From contig CALWFX010000010.1 in NCBI GenBank assembly GCA_944377765.1, positions 1 to 50,497 of the forward strand: a DNA stretch of 50,497 nucleotides. The letters are read 5' to 3'. This document shows, one piece after another, positions 48,501 through 50,497 of this stretch. The stretch is from an uncultured Clostridia bacterium (lineage in GTDB: Bacteria > Bacillota > Clostridia > Christensenellales > UBA1242). The notes under the pieces were generated by a model. It saw only the letters and a program-made list of their open reading frames with translations. It was not told the origin of the DNA and made no database searches. Position 1 is the stretch's first letter. Each line of letters starts with the position of its first letter. A program made the translations under genes and the position numbers.

Positions 48501-50125
48501 CTTTGGAACCTAATGAAATGGTGTTCACTAACACTCAGGTTGCTGGAACAATTGCTGGTAAATTTGATAATGGAACAATAGCAAATATTAATGTTGTCAG
48601 TGATGATAACATTATGGTTACAGGTAAAAATGTTGTTGGTGGTTTGGTAGGAGTTGCTCTTGGTAATTACAAGATTTCAAATGTAAGTTCTCAAATTTCT
48701 GCAAAAGCGTCCTATATTGTAAGTGAAGGAGAAAACAACTTCAATTCAAATTCTGTTGTTTATCAATACTATTCTTTTGCTGGCTCTGTGGTTGGTGTTG
48801 CAAGCGGAAGCGGAATTATTGACAGGGTGCTAGTTGAATCTGACATTGGTGTTGTTGGTGCAAAAGCAGGTGGTATGTTTGGTTTTGTTGACCAAAATGT
48901 TACTGCATCCAATTTAACTTTAAATGTTACTGAAAATTTAAAGATTAATGCTTACAACTATGGTGGACTTATTGCAGGTGAAAGTGCTGGTAATTTTGAT
49001 ACTGTTGCTGTGAATGGAATTGAAAGTGATAATGGTGGATTTAGTTATCTTCAAATTTTCAGTTTATTGCCATATGTGCCAACCGCAGTTGGTGGAATAA
49101 GTGGTCTTGTTAGTGGTGGAAATTTAAGTAATATTTACATGTCACAAAGTTTGGAATTAAGTAAAGTTACATCGACAAGCGGAATAGATAATGTTGGTGG
49201 CATTGCGGGAATAATTCAAGGAAGAACAACAATTTCAAATGCTGATGTTAATGCTGGGCTTGTTGGCTTCCACATTGTTGGTGGTTTTGTTGGAACAATT
49301 CTTGGCAGTAACTTTGATGTTGAATTTAATGATATCGATTATCAAAATGGATATTTAAGCATACTTTCAACACAACAAACAAATGCTTATGCTGGTGGCG
49401 TTATTGGGTTTATTAATGGTTCTGCAAATGTTAAAATTTCTTCAACTTTAGGCGACACTACATTGAGAGATATGGCAGACAAAAAGGAAAAACATATTAG
49501 TGTTAATCCTATGCCTGAAGGAAGTTCGCTTAGCACAGATATTTTCACAAGCGAAAATTATAATAATGAAGCAAATCATGTTGATTTTGAATTGATGATG
49601 ACAACTTATGTTTATAATTCTGCGTTCAGTAACTTTATTGGTGGACTTATTGGTTTAGCAGGCAGTGGCAGTGTTGTTATTGAAAACACAATTTCAAACA
49701 TTAAAAATGCCAATATTCAAAGTCTTGACATGGGTATTTCAGGTGCAAAATTGATTTCTGAAACTGCAAGTGTTGCAAGCACCACATTCACTTATAAGGT
49801 AAATAACGAAGATTTAGAGGGATATGCTTATAGTTTAAATCATACAGTCACAAATCCTGCGATCTCATTTATTGGCGACTCTTTTGGTTATACAAAAGGT
49901 ACATTTGGAGTTTTACCTATTTCCACTAATTCTGATGACAAAACTACAGAAACATCAAGTCTTGCCACAAACTCTGCTCCAAGTTCAGTTATACCAATTT
50001 ATTCTTATAACATTACATTTAGTTATAATCAAGGCGAAAGTGGACTAGGAACAAACTTTTCATATGCTTTGCAAGTTAATAGTTATGGAATTATGGCTGG
50101 GCAACCTTTCTTTGTAAATGAATAA
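39506..50125 (+). CDS. giant (3,539 aa) surface lipoprotein with an N-terminal Ig-like domain and three GLUG-motif modules
   Basis: Uninterrupted 10,620-nt ORF. AAGGAG lies 6 nt before the ATG, which is 32 nt after the virB4 stop. The signal peptide has lipobox L-F-G-C. GLUG entry motifs include IAGFDGNGYTIFLGG and FMGYIEGNFMTISNINM. At least 12 GG[ILVF]xG motifs were seen by eye (VGGIAGY, AGGAVGY, VGGIVGF, VGGILGY, VGGLVGV...). No C-terminal anchor. Confidence 0.93.
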   Translation: MSKALKRSFAYIILAMAFAFAGLFLFGCDDNSQNVTISSSVSSVDLEIGESEEITFTINNANDNFAKTLKFNEDNSGVISKSGVTYNGNEAKITVTGLRGGTTNLMAVTEEGYKYITVRINVIQHSTTLAFDQTSLYVSNSTPLMMNNGYYNFDSNTTDKDMSFYYLLDDVTGMTFSKFTDEGLEFVDDETTRIAVIDAVEFDTARINDDGTALILSLNGVDYEETQEIFDSFKVLAVYDYSENYANYLSCMHEVQVLQDLGVKVYGGYLQREIGQDGTVYENVEFEELSGDEILIIPNSDNYEANSYVLKIEAQNKSDLIEYGYIAENSNIDVDEYNLVEPDVDYSSKTVVYYKIQSSTTANIDVNLHIYLRYSSTKDASDQSVNFNKDYNINIDFAPKEILVNGESATEYSSQDNPLILYNRYTYPEFGWQNIQISVTSGIDAEPIFSYAYITFEENDLRFKYVQIEISSDRNVTDLSTSFQFKGRDYAAVTAVGQVKSFTINVVYETLGNEISLQYIVYYRIVNGATRIVKNIEYGQGNVIYLDYEEHGENGAILDNYLFADQLFQSFTTEFVSGNDVVDFEVPEVCYIEREGNYYLNFSVKAKGAGQGTYNVTLDNGTSQQVTFSVIETLKDYSTSINISNVGNIGYYERLKSDESLNYYDILNLEILNPTIVNNNEYEILFGSTAEITFRGNINGTMAVGDDKDVISYLNFNGVSYHFETVKNGTSTMTITVSGNVVNSAFQRDITYLDFTINFVSYSLLDEFILLNNGNYAVDNIVYYGDSDYIPEEDEMVDFEISAKNSEAYNFYRYSMNESFFINNNIIQDIIDEKANEITIGEYEVLDSDVSSKLVSETYNDKFVYYYVDSTNFGALTTTTTAHITVNVNDETFYYAYADLSFANGFMFYADEMSFVYDEDNNITVTITFDNAYMIESYGEYDLKTLTYTNISNNYGNNGLTFTLHAYVRQRDYSQMRYDANIIASRYIQVQDISSASPIEELVFTNSELTQSFIVTVTPTTATNTTLRAEFVPLNDTSSNLIDCTIVEQGLGTYLVEISAERFYNTTANITDIIEKLAGTVYVYPIEWGDSYSVIPTENNPIIVGVSYRNGSESNRYILETPADILAINANEKSLSSHYEIKNNIDMSTVEGSPIGILETSEGFKLVGFSGSIVGTSSQAGISNVHLTTVGGTGSIKSVKPMDETYNYSGLFALINETGYIKNLTITGSMNLDITENQYAGLLAGVNRGNITNVSARITNVSNVHVVDGAVNSFVQIGALVGANFGNQININEQGQNVKIATGNIIQYFPAYNQEEFNGTHTRENVAGEFSSQSTKNIAYFTDKLIISLPSQFSGNLYVGGIAGYNSGDIKKIDDSSLKIYGYATYSSYANIEIQLSGNQTQGKIYAGGAVGYAISNPVSEKPTLISGLTVGGEVDLQNDTQNSSSAVGGIVGFATIAQEATGAGTQPVQIYNNISRTFLRGEQFVGGILGYDNYQGYATSANGQYVSYKDENNQNSINKVEAVDDGRSVLEASMMILRSNSIKLGKGTYSDDIIIAIGNAENAGRQLEDIRFTISSYITRAVVTGENVVVNDNATTKYYGEYLILNGTEIKQTSIELNPNPFTKIDVNIGLTGDEFKLTPKNDITNALNVYLSYYFQADSFLSGQTSGVIAQDVIDDFNVYETDSNMYPFTINTRDAEIISSSTDILNVDLNGNLTVHGTGLATLKLQSILNIQETINVYLYIVNYFNKDTTESIYYSSDNSNGLNIVNGSQINVYGNKQTSIYAVPTYEKDEEILPNGSTWSISKDGVLRYANTSVLLTKNTSLKTDVTLREDSEGYTRYQISGEQIIFYGNNKGEGIDKYNLDSYIMVEIDGVPYIMEIGKQDIAVDVQYLETATNIYTSSTLISMQTNDKFDEKLFIESKNKEYAYYQIIFTDEYNNESIVQSRLDATLSVSEDGWKNYVNDIGDDLFNLTFTRLGDTNTFDFNISVNKNSSAYANRNVDNIFGNYRIIFYGNELEEGVSCVFSINLSEAEITNVSAFNYSNIKDMAIADEVIVPSQYGILEINIDPVEAEFNTFTIKNNAINYNTGAGEVAFTFAYQSVDETGVVTYVADTNFGENRNGSLTFTYQELMKFLQEKDAKYNGKIYVRYFLGSMGVEDGAQIGFDINVTYGDGLSFEIYKPLTTKLANYVKLTFDNREESDTYYVARGLNYGMTLDYYGFSLSDIQITVSDERVATLTGQNTSYSLNITPNEINYTGDVGYLVNIYIYASRVVDNVTVEYSDILTVYVMEYVFNYNYAPGINEDIVEGMENGVISTAVGNAYKLQLDIWDFMEYDQTNESVVQNVKTFIERLMQSVKFSISDSSTGIEDEELEVGKEIRSNYYYIKDYTFTGIRLYEPEQNVYTLKVDGTYSMLNGVYICEESTTLEQQTLHTNFAFSIHQQSTDESPLPIESYEDFLEMEAGEYYILLNDITLPNEDNLDYEQFKPITTQIAGFDGNGYTIFLGGDYQFTAEESVIGLFAEVEEDVVIKNVTIEIYANTNFVMEATTFSIGLLVSNNAGIITNCEVRATNDSVLSVTYRNTTTNSYLAGLVASNTGMITNSRTMVDLYTNVNLSGFVGTNSGIIASSYFRNGSLKNETNGTTEYTAGFALQNTGSIYTSYVSGEVADNDQTYYKGKDDYILSDNTIAGFVFTNSGLVENCYTNINLQGAGSFSSGFVFVNEEGGQIMSSYSTSVLTSNNTQSYGFARTSNGYISDCYWLSQEAGEEKVTDQIVYTNEAVNVSISTIENNENNTLKSLTAGEFNINHKDFKENFKNFIYSSSRGYNSVWFYNNVNSSSTFNGSTFNTERLELVAPNIVAFSQKYLYSAEEITDEETGVTTVVYNYVNTEESGISGSVYNPILIDDAESFENYILNENDANNYNNSYYRLINDIDYSELTINSELYKTRFMGYIEGNFMTISNINMVTSENLQFAGLFAEVGSSSRANAIGTLMNFTLEPNEMVFTNTQVAGTIAGKFDNGTIANINVVSDDNIMVTGKNVVGGLVGVALGNYKISNVSSQISAKASYIVSEGENNFNSNSVVYQYYSFAGSVVGVASGSGIIDRVLVESDIGVVGAKAGGMFGFVDQNVTASNLTLNVTENLKINAYNYGGLIAGESAGNFDTVAVNGIESDNGGFSYLQIFSLLPYVPTAVGGISGLVSGGNLSNIYMSQSLELSKVTSTSGIDNVGGIAGIIQGRTTISNADVNAGLVGFHIVGGFVGTILGSNFDVEFNDIDYQNGYLSILSTQQTNAYAGGVIGFINGSANVKISSTLGDTTLRDMADKKEKHISVNPMPEGSSLSTDIFTSENYNNEANHVDFELMMTTYVYNSAFSNFIGGLIGLAGSGSVVIENTISNIKNANIQSLDMGISGAKLISETASVASTTFTYKVNNEDLEGYAYSLNHTVTNPAISFIGDSFGYTKGTFGVLPISTNSDDKTTETSSLATNSAPSSVIPIYSYNITFSYNQGESGLGTNFSYALQVNSYGIMAGQPFFVNE
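39617..39844 (+). other. bacterial Ig-like (Big_2-type) domain at the N-terminus of the 3,539-aa protein
   Basis: VSSVDLEIGESEEITFTINNAND...GVISKSGVTYNGNEAKITVTGLRGGTTNLMAVTEEGYKYITVRINV follows the Big_2 pattern (L-x-x-G-x-x-x-x-L ... G-x-V-T-x-x-x-x-G-x-x-x-I-x-A ... V-x-V). Confidence 0.5.
42848..44125 (+). repeat. GLUG-type module 1 of the 3,539-aa protein (aa about 1115-1540; approximate)
   Basis: NRYILETPADILAINANEK...HYEIKNNIDMS...FKLVGFSGSIVG...YSGLFALINETGYIKNLTITG, then YAGLLAGVNRGNITNVSA, YVGGIAGYNSGDIKKI, YAGGAVGYA, AVGGIVGFA and FVGGILGYDN. Confidence 0.6.
46856..48100 (+). repeat. GLUG-type module 2 (aa about 2451-2865; approximate), paralogous to 10650-11960
   Basis: PLPIESYEDFLEME...YILLNDITLPN...IAGFDGNGYTIFLGG...IGLFAEVEEDVVIKNVTIEIYAN, then SIGLLVSNNAGIITNCEV, NLSGFVGTNSGIIASSY, YTAGFALQNTGSIYTSYVSG, TIAGFVFTNSGLVENCYTN and FSSGFVFVNEEGGQIMSSYS. 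Confidence 0.65.
48209..49710 (+). repeat. GLUG-type module 3 (aa about 2902-3402; approximate), paralogous to 12072-13935
   Basis: NPILIDDAESFENYILNE...YRLINDIDYSELTIN...FMGYIEGNFMTISNINMVTSENLQFAGLFAEVG, then VAGTIAGKFDNGTI, VVGGLVGVALGN, FAGSVVGVASGSG, KAGGMFGFVD, AVGGISGLVSGG, NVGGIAGIIQG, IVGGFVGTILG, YAGGVIGFINGS and FIGGLIGLAGSGS. Confidence 0.65.
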
Positions 50126-50130
50126 AATAA

Positions 50131-50200
50131 ATAAAAGATGTTTAAAAACTTAAAAAATAGTGAATATTTTATTAAGAAAATTTTGAACATCTTTTATTTT
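50131..50200 (+). terminator. long-loop hairpin plus T-run after the 3,539-aa gene
   Basis: ataaaagatgtttaaaa (50131-50147) and ttttgaacatcttttat (50181-50197) are inverted repeats with one mismatch, separated by a 33-nt loop and followed by TTT. Confidence 0.4.
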
Positions 50201-50277
50201 GCTTGACGAAAAATTATTTATATGATATATTAAAACAAATAAACTTTATTGTTTTTAAATTTTTTTTGAAAAAAGGG

Positions 50278-50307
50278 TTGACAAATTTAAAATTTTGTTG
50301 CTATAAT
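50278..50307 (+). promoter_or_regulatory. near-consensus sigma-A promoter with extended -10
   Basis: TTGACA (50278-50283), 18-nt spacer, TGcTATAAT (50299-50307). It precedes a leader of about 110 nt and an SD-led ORF. Confidence 0.55.
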
Positions 50308-50357
50308 ATAGTGGTTATTATCTAATGTGGAAGAAAATCGCTGTTTTAACTAAATGA

Positions 50358-50402
50358 AGGAAATAGGGTGGTGACTATTGTCGCCTTCTTGTTTCCTTTT
50401 TT
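50358..50402 (+). terminator. leader hairpin plus U-run (candidate attenuator) upstream of the last ORF
   Basis: The outer stem is aggaaa (50358-50363) with tttcct (50392-50397). The inner stem is ggtgac (50370-50375) with gtcgcc (50380-50385, one G-U pair). Loop tatt, with a T-run through 50402. It lies between the promoter at 50278 and the SD at 50413. Confidence 0.5.
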
Positions 50403-50425
50403 AATTTAATTTAGGAGTGTGTTTT

Positions 50426-50497
50426 ATGTCAGTTGCAATTAAAAAACAAAAATTTGGAAAAGCCGAAAGATATACTTTTGCACAACTTAAAAATTAT
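50426..50497 (+). CDS. 5' end of an ORF truncated by the window edge (MSVAIKKQKFGKAERYTFAQLKNY...)
   Basis: AGGAG (50413-50417) lies 8 nt before the ATG at 50426, and the frame is open to the window end (24 codons). Product not recognisable from 24 aa. Confidence 0.5.
   Translation, partial: MSVAIKKQKFGKAERYTFAQLKNY

Noticed and set aside
50314-50425. Calling the terminal leader a T-box riboswitch because of AAAUAGGGUGGUGAC.
   Set aside because: Only about 45-55 nt separate the likely transcription start from this motif, which is too short for a canonical Stem I with specifier loop. The motif also sits in the terminator's 5' arm rather than in a separate antiterminator strand. It is reported only as an unclassified leader.
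1-50497. Search for CRISPR arrays, tRNA/rRNA genes, IS elements, integrases, toxin-antitoxin pairs or known defence-system genes.
   Set aside because: I saw no regularly spaced direct repeats, no cloverleaf-like GC-rich intergenic segments, and no transposase, integrase or nuclease-type ORFs. Intergenic regions are short or plainly AT-rich promoter and terminator DNA.

Overview
This 50.5-kb window comes from a very AT-rich, Firmicutes-like genome. It uses the standard genetic code: every Trp is TGG and there is no in-frame TGA across 31 kb of giant ORFs. AGGAG-type Shine-Dalgarno sites and hairpin plus T-run terminators are common. Two giant ORFs take up about 62% of the window: 3549-24269 (20,721 nt, 6,906 aa) and 39506-50125 (10,620 nt, 3,539 aa). 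Both start with a lipoprotein signal peptide and lipobox Cys. Both are built from repeated GLUG-type modules (F-x-G-x-DGNG-x-TI entry motif, then many GG[ILV][VA]G motifs) separated by long Asn/Thr/Tyr-rich stretches. Neither has a C-terminal anchor. The smaller giant is architecturally colinear with the N-terminal half of the larger one. The larger one carries about 3,400 extra residues and a unique glycine/aromatic-rich C-terminal tip.

The smaller giant starts 32 nt after an 890-aa ATPase that fuses a VirB3/PrgI-like membrane hairpin to VirB4. No other type IV secretion, relaxase or integrase gene is in the window. The larger giant is followed 29 nt later, with no terminator, by a RadC/JAB gene. 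A second, diverged radC paralogue lies inverted 6.6 kb away.

The remaining genes are housekeeping:
- A remnant of a sporulation-type locus: possible YwmB-like protein, a SpoIIQ-like M23/LytM protein lacking the catalytic histidines, an isolated acpP, and spoIIID.
- uvrB, a small unknown ORF, uvrA, and a YycJ-like MBL hydrolase.
- Class II fba, a lipoprotein, hflX, a DUF1858 protein, and a PRC-barrel-like protein.

I saw no rRNA, tRNA, CRISPR array, transposase or integrase. All calls rest on motif recognition by eye. No database search was run, and domain boundaries inside the giant proteins are approximate.
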